Source: an uncultured Bacteriovoracaceae bacterium (GTDB lineage Bacteria; Bdellovibrionota; UBA1018). From it: 64,000 bases of DNA. Positions 19,841 through 33,206 of the stretch are shown piece after piece (the first letter of the stretch is position 1; the number at the start of each line of letters is the position of its first letter). Location: assembly GCA_964563795.1 (NCBI GenBank), contig CAZLYB010000002.1, positions 190,428 through 254,427 on the forward strand, given 5' to 3'. Under the pieces are notes generated by a model. That model worked only from the letters and a program-made list of their open reading frames with translations. It was not told where the DNA came from and did not search any database. Both the position numbers and the translations under genes were made by a program.

Positions 19841-20164
19841 TTAGATCTTGATCTTCAAGAAGCCGATGACGAATGCGTAGAGCACGAGAGACTCGATGAA
19901 CACGAGACCCAAAATCATCGGAACGAAGAGCTTCCCGGAAGAAGCGGGGTTGCGCGCGATGCCGTCCAGAGCCGCCGCAGCGACTTTGCCCTGACCGAGC
20001 GCGCCGCCGAAAGCAGCTACTGCGATCGCGATCGCCGCGCCGAGGGATGCGTAAGCATCTCCGCCGCCGCTATGCGCTTCCGCTTCAGCGGCGAACGCCA
20101 CCGTGCTTCCGAGGATCGCGATCAGGCTGACTGCTCCCGCGCTGACGAAGTTTAAAAGTTTCAT
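19841..20164 (-). CDS. atpE: F0F1 ATP synthase subunit c, with N-terminal signal-like extension
   Basis: C-terminal two-helix hairpin LGAAIAIAVAAFGGALGQGK...ARNP...ILGLVFIESLVLYAFVIGF, with the conserved carboxylate E in IESL. Preferred ATG at 20164 with AAAGGATGA RBS; the track ORF extends to 20203. About 35 residues precede the c-subunit core. Confidence 0.85.
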   Translation of the reverse strand: MKLLNFVSAGAVSLIAILGSTVAFAAEAEAHSGGGDAYASLGAAIAIAVAAFGGALGQGKVAAAALDGIARNPASSGKLFVPMILGLVFIESLVLYAFVIGFLKIKI

Positions 20165-20192
20165 AATGAAATCATCCTTTCTTCTCTTGGAG

Positions 20193-20903
20193 TTAGTGAT
20201 CATGTGAGGTGGACATGGAGATATAAACCATGGTCATCAAACTGAACACGAATGCTTGGACAAAACAGACGAAAAGCCCCAGCGCGTAAAAAGCCACCGG
20301 GACGAAATAAGGAACCAGGTCACTGAATACGCCCATGACGATGTGATCGCCCATGATATTTCCGCGCAGTCTCAGCCCGAGCGAAAACGGGCGAAAGAGG
20401 TGCGAAACCAGCTCGATCACGAACATCAAAGGCGCGAGCAAAAGCACCGGCCCCATGAAGTGCTTGAGGTACGAAAGTCCGTTCGCCCGCAAGCCCACCC
20501 AGTTGTAGTAAAGAAAAACGAAAATCCCCAGGGCGAACGTCGTGTTCATGTTGTCCGTCGCGGGCTGGAACCCGGGGATCAACCCCGCCAAATTCGACAC
20601 GAAAACGAAGGTAAAAAGCGTCCCGATGATGGGGAAGTAAAGCGGCGCATCGTGGTGCCCGATCACCATCTCGGTCATCTTGTAAAGGCTCTCCGCGAAG
20701 ATCTCGAAGAAATTCCGGTAGCTCAATTTGGGGTCGGGAATTAGGCCGTTCCCGCTCCGGATTTTTTTGGAGAGTTGAAGCCTCGCGATGCCCATGGAGA
20801 GGATCAGGACGACCCCGATCAAAACCGACATCATCACATGATTGGGGTAATCCCTCAGGACGGGGATCATCCCGAGCCAACGCAAACCATGCTCTTCATG
20901 CAT
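20193..20903 (-). CDS. atpB: F0F1 ATP synthase subunit a
   Basis: 236-aa protein with five or six TM segments. LGLRLRGNIMGDHIVM contains the conserved essential Arg of subunit a. Adjacent to atpE. Confidence 0.85.
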   Translation of the reverse strand: MHEEHGLRWLGMIPVLRDYPNHVMMSVLIGVVLILSMGIARLQLSKKIRSGNGLIPDPKLSYRNFFEIFAESLYKMTEMVIGHHDAPLYFPIIGTLFTFVFVSNLAGLIPGFQPATDNMNTTFALGIFVFLYYNWVGLRANGLSYLKHFMGPVLLLAPLMFVIELVSHLFRPFSLGLRLRGNIMGDHIVMGVFSDLVPYFVPVAFYALGLFVCFVQAFVFSLMTMVYISMSTSHDH

Positions 20904-21255
20904 GTGTGGGACCTCGGCGATTCCATTGAATACTATTGAGAAGGGGAACGATCAGTAAAGTTGCCATACCGAAAAATAATGCGACTCCAGGTATTTGATG
21001 GATCCGGGATTTCATGACCAACCCGAAAACTCCGAGGTACACTAGCTTAAGCAAGCCCCAGCTCAAAGCACGAAATGCGGAAAATCGCAAAATCGAGAGA
21101 ACCGCTTGGTGAAGAAACCAGAAGTTCAGCCCGCAAAACGCCCAAAGAGCGGTGAACCAGAGCAGCGCGCGCGTCGATTCCAAGGAACCTAGCGGCCCCA
21201 TCCAAGCGCCGGTCGCCAACCCTCCAAAAACAAGCCAAGCCAGCTGCACCAACAT
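20896..21255 (-). CDS. atpI: ATP synthase protein I-like membrane protein
   Basis: 119-aa, four-TM hydrophobic protein immediately upstream of atpB. Assignment by position and size only. Confidence 0.4.
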   Translation of the reverse strand: MLVQLAWLVFGGLATGAWMGPLGSLESTRALLWFTALWAFCGLNFWFLHQAVLSILRFSAFRALSWGLLKLVYLGVFGLVMKSRIHQIPGVALFFGMATLLIVPLLNSIQWNRRGPTHA

Positions 21256-21438
21256 TCAATCTCTTCCTCTTCGCGCGATCTTCCAAGCCGCGAGCGTCAA
21301 CCCCAGTAAGCTCATGAGGATCAGGACCCACCAGGGCGCACTGAGCTTTACCGTAAAAAAATACCCTAATGCAACGCCTGATAACGTTAATCCAACTAAT
21401 TCAGTCAGAATTACAAGATAAAGCCCTATTTCTTTCAT
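21256..21438 (-). CDS. AtpZ/AtpR-like small two-TM protein
   Basis: 60-aa two-TM protein ending in the basic tail KIARRGRD, located upstream of atpI, as in atpZ-atpI-atpB-atpE operons. Assignment by context. Confidence 0.35.
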   Translation of the reverse strand: MKEIGLYLVILTELVGLTLSGVALGYFFTVKLSAPWWVLILMSLLGLTLAAWKIARRGRD

Positions 21439-21733
21439 CGACTTAGTTCGTTGCCATATCAGAGTGATTTGCGTTTTACGATATGTAATTACTGAGAAAA
21501 ACTTATTAAATAAAGCTATTTAGCCGACATAGCTTATGTATGACGTACCGGGTTTTTTTCAAAAAAAAGCTCACTTTCTGTTTTGCGCTAATTTCCATTT
21601 TCACGACCTTTACTGAAGCTAAAGATACGAAAAAAAAACAGGAATCACCTCAGCTAAAAAAATTCAACGGTATCTAGCTTATGATCGGCGTAACTCCATC
21701 GAAAAAGAGCGGATAAAAACCGCGCTTGATCAA

Positions 21734-23269
21734 TTGAAAGTGGGCGAAGTCAAACCGCTTTATTACTTTGAGGTTCCTGAAAATGAGGCGAAAAAATATG
21801 AGTCTGACTTCATTGACGGTGAAACGCTGAATTTCGCGGTTCGTGTGAATCGATCAGGGAAACGATTCATTAGATTTCCGGTGATCCCCCGCGCGGGAAT
21901 GCCGGAAGTAAAGGTAGATGGGGCGAAAAAACCATACACGAAAATCGGCTCTAAAAAATATGCGCTCACTCTTTACGGGGAAGCGGCGTTCGTCACCTCT
22001 CATAACTCCTGGTTAGCTCGGAGCAGTGACAATAAAGAGGTGTTTTTCCTGAAATTGCAGCATTACGACGGGGAAGTCCTCTTTCACGACATAGAAAATG
22101 TCCGACAAACCATCAGCGCAAATGACTATATTGAAAGCGGCTTGAACGAAGCGCGAGAATCCAGGATTTTTTACGCACCTGAGCGATTCGGCGCCGGAAT
22201 TCAAAGTGGCGAGGATTCTCACGCATACAGCATACGATCAGCTAAAGAAATACTTTACGCGGAGGGCTCAATAGAAACATACCCTTTGCATGGAGTTTTA
22301 GCTTCTCCTGATATTCAATATTTTGCTGATCAGTACTCGAAGAATGAAGGGGGGAAAATCACCATTCGGGACTGGATGATCCAGGAGTTTGCCCTAAAAC
22401 TCGGTGAGTTCGCCGCTATCTCACAGATTGAACACGGGATTTGGGGCGTGTTTCACACTCAAAATCTTTTAATCCGAGTTGATCGATCCACTGGGAAAAT
22501 CATCTCTTTCGGGTTTCGAGACGCCAACGATGTGATGATGGATGCCATCGCTAGGATAGAAAAGGGAAGAAAGGTGATTTCTAACGGGGAAAATATTCGG
22601 TGGATCGCTCAACTCAATCAATCTCCCGTCGAAGGCGCTGGATGGGAAACGCCGGAAGCTACTTTCGAATACCTCAGCGATGTGATGAACCAAGCCGCCA
22701 ATCAAACGGACCAACGCGCTTCCCGTCAAATCAGCGCTAGCCGGGAAATGGCGGACGCTTTTTTCAGGGCTTATGAAAATAAAACGAAGCTGATTTTACC
22801 TGCTTTCTCCAAGAATCGACTTAAATTTTCTCCATATAATTCTGATATGTCCCAGGCGTTGAAAGAGGAGTTTTTTCAACTTGAGGGAAAAGCCCTAAAT
22901 CCAAGGGTTGAAATTCAAATTGCCAGCCGATTCAGGTTTCAATCATTTATGGATACACTGACGAAACTCCGCCTCCCGAAGATTGGGAAAAATGACCTCC
23001 TATACTCCCAAGAGCGGCTTCAAAGGATTTTTGATAAAAAAGTCGATGAGACCAAGGTCCACGCTTTCTCCAATGAGGTGATGAAAAATTACGCGAAAGA
23101 TAAATCATTGGGACGGGTAGGCTACGCTTTTGACGGGGAAAAAATTATTTTGTATCAAAAATCAAACTTAAAGCCTTTGGCTTTCGCGTATGATCTTAGC
23201 TCGAAAGAATCTAAAGGAATTACCTCTCGCAAAATCCGCTGCATAGCTTTGAAATTTCATTCCGAGTGA
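21734..23269 (+). CDS. hypothetical protein (511 aa), lower-GC, possible atypical kinase-like fold
   Basis: Long clean ORF preceded by a 295-bp AT-rich intergenic region. No signal peptide. Central segment HGIWGVFHTQNLLIRVDRSTGKIISFGFRDAND loosely resembles the HGDxHxxNxL...xIDF motif of the aminoglycoside/choline-kinase-like superfamily. This is a weak, unverified resemblance. Confidence 0.45.
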   Translation: MKVGEVKPLYYFEVPENEAKKYESDFIDGETLNFAVRVNRSGKRFIRFPVIPRAGMPEVKVDGAKKPYTKIGSKKYALTLYGEAAFVTSHNSWLARSSDNKEVFFLKLQHYDGEVLFHDIENVRQTISANDYIESGLNEARESRIFYAPERFGAGIQSGEDSHAYSIRSAKEILYAEGSIETYPLHGVLASPDIQYFADQYSKNEGGKITIRDWMIQEFALKLGEFAAISQIEHGIWGVFHTQNLLIRVDRSTGKIISFGFRDANDVMMDAIARIEKGRKVISNGENIRWIAQLNQSPVEGAGWETPEATFEYLSDVMNQAANQTDQRASRQISASREMADAFFRAYENKTKLILPAFSKNRLKFSPYNSDMSQALKEEFFQLEGKALNPRVEIQIASRFRFQSFMDTLTKLRLPKIGKNDLLYSQERLQRIFDKKVDETKVHAFSNEVMKNYAKDKSLGRVGYAFDGEKIILYQKSNLKPLAFAYDLSSKESKGITSRKIRCIALKFHSE

Positions 23270-24192
23270 TCATCTTCGGGCTCTTGCACCTTGAATTTCG
23301 GCGGGATTGCCGCCCCAATCCGGTGCTGCCCACGGTTCATTTTCCGTTGTTGAATCCGCGCGAGCTTGACTTCGATGACCGCCGGCGAAGGGTAGTCCTT
23401 GCGCAGCTCCTGATAGAGCTCCAGAGCCGGATCGAGCTGATCCATCTCCTCATAGCAGGATGCGATCCCGAAACGGGCCTCTGAAATCAAGGGGCTCTTG
23501 GGATACTGCTTGATGAAGGCGCGAAAAGCCGCGAGGGCCTGGGCGTAAAGGTCATGAGCGGCGGCTTCGTTCCGGCCCGCGCGCGTCATATGGACCATGC
23601 CGATTTGGTAGGAGGCTTTCTCGGCCCATTCGGTTCCCGAATATTGAGCCATGATTTTTTTGAAGACTTCAATGGATTGGGGGAAGCGGGAAAGGAAGAA
23701 ATGACTCTTCCCCTGGCGATAAAGAAACTCAGGGACCTCAGGGGCCACGGGATTCATCTGGATGAGTTTTTGGTACTGCTGAAGAGCGGCGTCGTAATGC
23801 TCGAGCTTGGAGAAGAGGATTTCACCGATCAGCTTCTGGGCTTGCCATCCCGTTTCGGCGTCCGTGGTCAATTCGGTGTAAGCCCTGAGTTTTCTCAGGC
23901 CCTCGTCGTACTGCGAGAGAAAATACACTTGGGTGGTCGCTGCCCGGTAAAGCGCTTGGAGACCGAGTTTTCCATGGGGATCCTTAGTGATCACTTCCTC
24001 GAATTCGCGCACTGAAGCGAGGTAATTGCCCTCATTCCAGAGTTTCTCGGCGAGAATGTAGCGATTCTTGGCCCGGTTCGAGCTGCAACCCGCGAGGCTC
24101 AGCGCCGCGATCAGGGTCGCCGCTGCGAACTGAGCGCGCTTTAATCCCGAAAAAACCTTATTGGGTCTCGGTCGGGGTGCTGCCACCGCCAC
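23257..24192 (-). CDS. TPR-repeat lipoprotein, BamD/YfiO(YbgF)-like
   Basis: GTG start at 24192. Signal peptide with lipobox LSLAGC. Repeated TPR-like units (YRAATTQVYFLSQYDEG, YQKLIQMNP, FIKQYPKSPLISEARFGIASCYEEM) similar in architecture to BamD. Confidence 0.5.
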   Translation of the reverse strand: MAVAAPRPRPNKVFSGLKRAQFAAATLIAALSLAGCSSNRAKNRYILAEKLWNEGNYLASVREFEEVITKDPHGKLGLQALYRAATTQVYFLSQYDEGLRKLRAYTELTTDAETGWQAQKLIGEILFSKLEHYDAALQQYQKLIQMNPVAPEVPEFLYRQGKSHFFLSRFPQSIEVFKKIMAQYSGTEWAEKASYQIGMVHMTRAGRNEAAAHDLYAQALAAFRAFIKQYPKSPLISEARFGIASCYEEMDQLDPALELYQELRKDYPSPAVIEVKLARIQQRKMNRGQHRIGAAIPPKFKVQEPEDDHSE

Positions 24193-26683
24193 TGCTGCCT
24201 TCAGTCAATTCAATGACTTCCGCGACCGCCATGTACTCGAATGAGACCACTTTCTCGCCGGACGACATCGTCATGAGGCGAACGCCCTGGGTATTTCTCC
24301 CTTGCTCTGAAATTTCCCCGACATGAATTCGGATCATCTGGCCCTTGTTCGAAACGAGCATCACGTCATCCTTGGGGAGGACTTGCTGCGCGCCGAGGAC
24401 CGCTCCGTTCTTGTCGGTGGTCTTCATCGTGATGACTCCCTTGCCGCCTCGGCTTTGAACTCGGTACTCGCTGACCGGGGTTCGCTTCCCATAGCCGCTT
24501 TCCGTCACGGTGAGGAGTTCATATTCTTGATGCCCATTGGAACCCTCTTTGGGATCCAGCACTTCCATCGCGACGACTTGGTCGTCAGGGTCGAGGCTCA
24601 TCCCGATGACGCCGCGGGCGGTGCGGCCCATGGAGCGCACGTCCTGCTCGCTGAAGCGGATGCTCATGCCGTGCTTCGAGCAGATGAAGACGTCGTTATT
24701 GCCCTGGGTGAGTTTCGCGCTGATCAAAACATCACCGTCATCGGTCGAGATCGCGAGGATGCCCGCGTTTCTCACGTTGCTGAAGTCGCTGAGCGGGGTC
24801 TTTTTAATGACGCCTGAGCGCGTGACCATGATGACGTATTCGTTTTCCTTGAACTCCTTGACGGGCAGGATCGCCTTGATCTTCTCCCCGGAATTCAAGG
24901 GCACGAGGTTCACGATGGCCTTGCCTTTGGCGGCGCGGCTGGCCTCCGGGACCTTGTAGACCTTGAGCCAGTAGAGCCGCCCCTGATCGGTGAAGCAGAG
25001 CAGGTAGCTCAGCGTCGTGGTGCGGTAGATGTCGGTGACGAAATCCTCGTCGCCTGTAGTCACCCCGCGGATGCCGCGCCCGCCTCGATGCTGGCTCTTG
25101 AACTGGTTGGGATCCGCACGCTTGATGTAGCCGGTGTGCGTGATCGAGACGAGGGTTTCCTCGTTGGCGATCAGATCCTCGACTTCAAAGTCGGTCGTGA
25201 TGCCTTGGACGATCTGCGTCCGGCGCTCATCGCCGTACTTCTCGCGAATCTCCGTGAGCTCCGTTTTGATGATGCCGTAAACGAGGGCTTCGGACGCTAG
25301 GATCTTCTTCAGCTCTTCGATGAGGGCCAGGATGCGGTGGTATTCCTCGATGATCTTGTCGCGCTCAAGCCCCGTGAGGCGCTGCAGGCGCATATCTAAG
25401 ATGGCTTGAGCCTGGATCTCAGTGAACTGGAATTTTTCCACCAAACCGCTGAGCGCTTGATCCGGCGACGCGGCCGCCTTGATCAGTTGAATGACCGCGT
25501 CGATGTTCTCGACCGCGCGCTTGAGCCCCTCCAAGATGTGCGCCCGGGCTTCGGCTTTCTTGAGGTCGAAGATCGTGCGCCGGACGATCACGTCCTTGCG
25601 GTGCTCGATGAACGCCCAGATGAGGTCGCGCAGGTTGAAGGATTTAGGCTGCCCTTGATGGATCGCAAGCAGGTGAATCCCGTAATTCTCCTGCATCTGG
25701 GTGAGCTTGTAGAGTTGGTTGAGGAGGACGTTGGAATTCTCGCCCTTCTTGATCTCGATCACGACCCGCATGCCTTTGCGGTCCGATTCATCCCGGAGAT
25801 CCGAGATGCCCTCGATCTTCTTGTCGCGCACGAGATCCGCGATCTTCTCGATGAGCTTGGCTTTGTTGACTTGGTAGGGGAGCTCGCTCACGATGATGCG
25901 CTCGCGATCGCTCTTGTAAACTTCGATCTCCGCCTTGGCGCGAATCGTGATGCTCCCACGACCCGTGAGGTACGCGGAGCGCAGCCCCTGATCGCCGAAC
26001 GCGAACCCCGCCGTCGGGAAATCCGGCCCCTGCACGTGCTTCATCAGCGCGAGCGAATCGAGCTCCGGGTGATCGATTAAATCGATCGTCGCGTTGATGA
26101 TCTCGGTCAAATTATGCGGGGGAATATTGGTCGCCATCCCCACCGCGATCCCGGTCGAACCATTGATCAGGAGGTTGGGGATTTTTGCCGGAAGCACTTG
26201 GGGTTCGGTGAGGCTGTCATCGTAGTTGGGAACGAAGCCGACCGTCTCCTTGTCGATGTCGGCCAGGAGCTCGTCGGTGATCTTGGCCATGCGGATTTCG
26301 GTGTAACGCATCGCTGCCGGGGCGTCGCCGTCGATGGAACCGAAGTTCCCTTGCCCATCGACGAGGGGGTAGCGCAGCGTGAAATCCTGCGCCATGCGGA
26401 CGATCGTGTCGTACACCGCGACTTCGCCGTGGGGATGGTATTTACCGATCACATCCCCGGCCACGCGCGCGGATTTTTTATAGGCCTTGTTGTGCGTGTT
26501 GCCCAAGTCGTGCATCGCGTACAGTACGCGCCGGTGCACGGGTTTCAATCCGTCGCGCGCGTCCGGCAGCGCGCGGCCCACGATCACGCTCATCGCGTAA
26601 TCGAGGTAAGCCCCACGCATCTCGTCTTCGATGGTGACTATCGTTAAATTCTTGTCGGGAGTCGTCATTCCGTTTTCAGTCAT
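24158..26683 (-). CDS. gyrA: DNA gyrase subunit A
   Basis: 841-aa protein whose N-terminus contains YAMSVIVGRALPDARDGLKPVHRRVLYAM with the catalytic Tyr region, plus C-terminal beta-pinwheel repeats. Confidence 0.95.
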   Translation of the reverse strand: MTENGMTTPDKNLTIVTIEDEMRGAYLDYAMSVIVGRALPDARDGLKPVHRRVLYAMHDLGNTHNKAYKKSARVAGDVIGKYHPHGEVAVYDTIVRMAQDFTLRYPLVDGQGNFGSIDGDAPAAMRYTEIRMAKITDELLADIDKETVGFVPNYDDSLTEPQVLPAKIPNLLINGSTGIAVGMATNIPPHNLTEIINATIDLIDHPELDSLALMKHVQGPDFPTAGFAFGDQGLRSAYLTGRGSITIRAKAEIEVYKSDRERIIVSELPYQVNKAKLIEKIADLVRDKKIEGISDLRDESDRKGMRVVIEIKKGENSNVLLNQLYKLTQMQENYGIHLLAIHQGQPKSFNLRDLIWAFIEHRKDVIVRRTIFDLKKAEARAHILEGLKRAVENIDAVIQLIKAAASPDQALSGLVEKFQFTEIQAQAILDMRLQRLTGLERDKIIEEYHRILALIEELKKILASEALVYGIIKTELTEIREKYGDERRTQIVQGITTDFEVEDLIANEETLVSITHTGYIKRADPNQFKSQHRGGRGIRGVTTGDEDFVTDIYRTTTLSYLLCFTDQGRLYWLKVYKVPEASRAAKGKAIVNLVPLNSGEKIKAILPVKEFKENEYVIMVTRSGVIKKTPLSDFSNVRNAGILAISTDDGDVLISAKLTQGNNDVFICSKHGMSIRFSEQDVRSMGRTARGVIGMSLDPDDQVVAMEVLDPKEGSNGHQEYELLTVTESGYGKRTPVSEYRVQSRGGKGVITMKTTDKNGAVLGAQQVLPKDDVMLVSNKGQMIRIHVGEISEQGRNTQGVRLMTMSSGEKVVSFEYMAVAEVIELTEGSSGGGSTPTETQ

Positions 26684-26689
26684 AAGCCC

Positions 26690-31342
<4,653 letters not shown>

Positions 31343-31355
31343 AGGGGATAAAAAC

Positions 31356-32465
31356 CTAAATGCGCATCGGCATGATGACGTAGGTGTGGTTGGCGTGTCC
31401 CACCCCTTTTAAAACGCCAGGGCTGAGCCGATCTTTCAGTTGAAGCTCCAGCACTTCCGTATTCATCACCGCCAAGCAATCGAGCAAGTAGCGCGAATTG
31501 AAACCGATCTCCAGAGGCTCCCCGGAGTAATCCAAATCCAACTCCTCATTGGCATCCCCCATATCCGGGTTGCTGGAGGAGAGAGAGAGGGAACCCGCTT
31601 GGAGGGAGAGTTTCACACCCCGGCTTTTTTCATGAGCGAGCAAGCTCACTCGCTTCAACGCCGCGTTCAGCTCTTCTCGGTTCATCTTGAAGGAAGGGTG
31701 CACTTCTTTCGGGATGACCATTCGGTAGTCCGGATATTCACCCTCGATCAGTCGGATGAAAAGGTGCTCCTCACCCAAGCGAGCGAATAGGTGACCCCGT
31801 TCAAAAGAAAGACCAATGGAGGCTCCCGCTTCAGGAAGCAGCTTTCGAAGCTCCATCAGGCCTTTTTTAGGGATGATCACACCGCGCTTGAGATCCGGGG
31901 CTCCTAAAAAAACCTCTTGATCGACGAACGAAAGGCGATGGCCATCCGTCGCGGTCATCCTCATCACGTTGTTCTCGAGATGCTCAAAGTAAACGCCGTT
32001 CAAGTGATACCGGGTTGCATCGGTTGAAACCGCGAATTGAGTGCGGTCAATCATGTCGATGAGCGCTTCGGTCCGGGTCTCGAGATATTGCTTTGAGGCG
32101 AAATCAGGGAGAGCAGGGTATTCCTCGGCGGGTAAGCTCACGATGTTGAATCGCGACTTTCCGCAGAGAAGCTCGACCCATTGGTTTTCTTTTTGGGAGA
32201 GCTTGATTTCTTTTTCCGGGAGCTCGCGGACGATATCGAGAAAATTCTTAGCGGCGAGGGTCGTTTTTCCGGGCTGAGTTCCTTGAGCCGGAATTGAGAG
32301 CTGGATTCCCACTTCCAAATCTGTGGTGCTAAGGGAAAGGCGATCGCGCTCTACGACGCAGAGGATGTTTCCTAAAATCGGGATCGTGTTTTTTTTCTCG
32401 ACTACGGATTGGACTTTTTGAAGGGCTTCAAGAAGAGGAGCTCTTTGAATCGTGAAGTTCATCAA
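31356..32465 (-). CDS. dnaN: DNA polymerase III beta sliding clamp
   Basis: 369-aa protein of three-domain beta-clamp size. N-terminus MMNFTIQRAPLLEALQKVQSVVEKKNTIPILGNILC is typical. recF lies downstream. Confidence 0.9.
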   Translation of the reverse strand: MMNFTIQRAPLLEALQKVQSVVEKKNTIPILGNILCVVERDRLSLSTTDLEVGIQLSIPAQGTQPGKTTLAAKNFLDIVRELPEKEIKLSQKENQWVELLCGKSRFNIVSLPAEEYPALPDFASKQYLETRTEALIDMIDRTQFAVSTDATRYHLNGVYFEHLENNVMRMTATDGHRLSFVDQEVFLGAPDLKRGVIIPKKGLMELRKLLPEAGASIGLSFERGHLFARLGEEHLFIRLIEGEYPDYRMVIPKEVHPSFKMNREELNAALKRVSLLAHEKSRGVKLSLQAGSLSLSSSNPDMGDANEELDLDYSGEPLEIGFNSRYLLDCLAVMNTEVLELQLKDRLSPGVLKGVGHANHTYVIMPMRI

Positions 32466-32689
32466 AATCTTTATGAACGCTCGCTCGCCTTTTGTCCAGA
32501 CTTCCTCACCTAAAGTATTCTAGAAAAAATTAGGGCATCCATCCGTGGACTTCTTGTGAACGCTCCCTGCTTGTAAGAACCCAAGCCATTCCTAAACTTT
32601 CTAGATGAGGAGGTGCGCACGAATGAAAAACCAAACAAGGGAGGGGGAGTGTCCCCCTTCTTAAAAGAGATATATCTTAATCGTAGTAG

Positions 32690-33150
32690 TAGTAGAGCGT
32701 GTGGATATGTGGATAAGTGGGTTAAGTTTTCAGAGTTGCAGGAAAAACTATGTGGACAACCGTGGGGATAACTTTGGGGATAAAGCCGATGAATTTGTGG
32801 ATAACTTTCAAAAGCAGTGAAGTTTCGAGTTATCCACAGAGTTATCCCCATTCTTTTGTGGATAACTTTTTTAGCCATTTGTTTTAGTCTGATGAAGATC
32901 AAAGAAACGGTAGATCTAAGTGTTTTTTTAAGAGTTATCCCCAAAAACTGAGTTTTTCATTTTTAATTAAAACTCCAAAAACACTGACTACTCAGTGTGG
33001 ATATGTGGATAAGTTTGCAACTTAATGGAATCAAGGCTGAAAAAATTAAAATGATGGGGATAAGTATGGGGATAACTTGTGGATAGCGATGGGGATAAAA
33101 AACTTATCCACAAGTTATCCCCATACTTATCCACAGAGTTATCCCCAAAA
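32690..33150. other. oriC: chromosomal replication origin (oriC): DnaA-box cluster with AT-rich unwinding element
   Basis: Seven perfect TTATCCACA/TGTGGATAA boxes (starting at 32708, 32797, 32830, 32858, 33005, 33105, 33128) and at least 12 single-mismatch boxes (TGGGGATAA, TTATCCCCA, TGTGGATAT, TGTGGATAG) in both orientations within about 450 bp. AT-rich tracts at 32941-32990 and 33030-33055. Directly upstream of dnaN. Confidence 0.8.
33055..33147. repeat. tightly packed DnaA-box array (8 boxes in 93 bp, alternating orientation)
   Basis: tggggataa(33055) tggggataa(33068) tgtggatag(33079) tggggataa(33090) ttatccaca(33105) ttatcccca(33116) ttatccaca(33128) ttatcccca(33139), with 11-13 bp spacing. 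Confidence 0.8.
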
Positions 33151-33206
33151 ATCAGGTTCTTGAGAAAAGAAGTCGGATCGCTCTCGCTCTGATCATGTCC
33201 TAGAGA

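Noticed and set aside
32510-32944. 144-aa ORF inside the DnaA-box cluster
   Set aside because: It lies entirely within oriC, spans the AT-rich unwinding tract, and is built largely from repeated DnaA-box words (its TYPQSYPH-type repeats derive from the box sequence). It is an artefact of the repeats rather than a gene.
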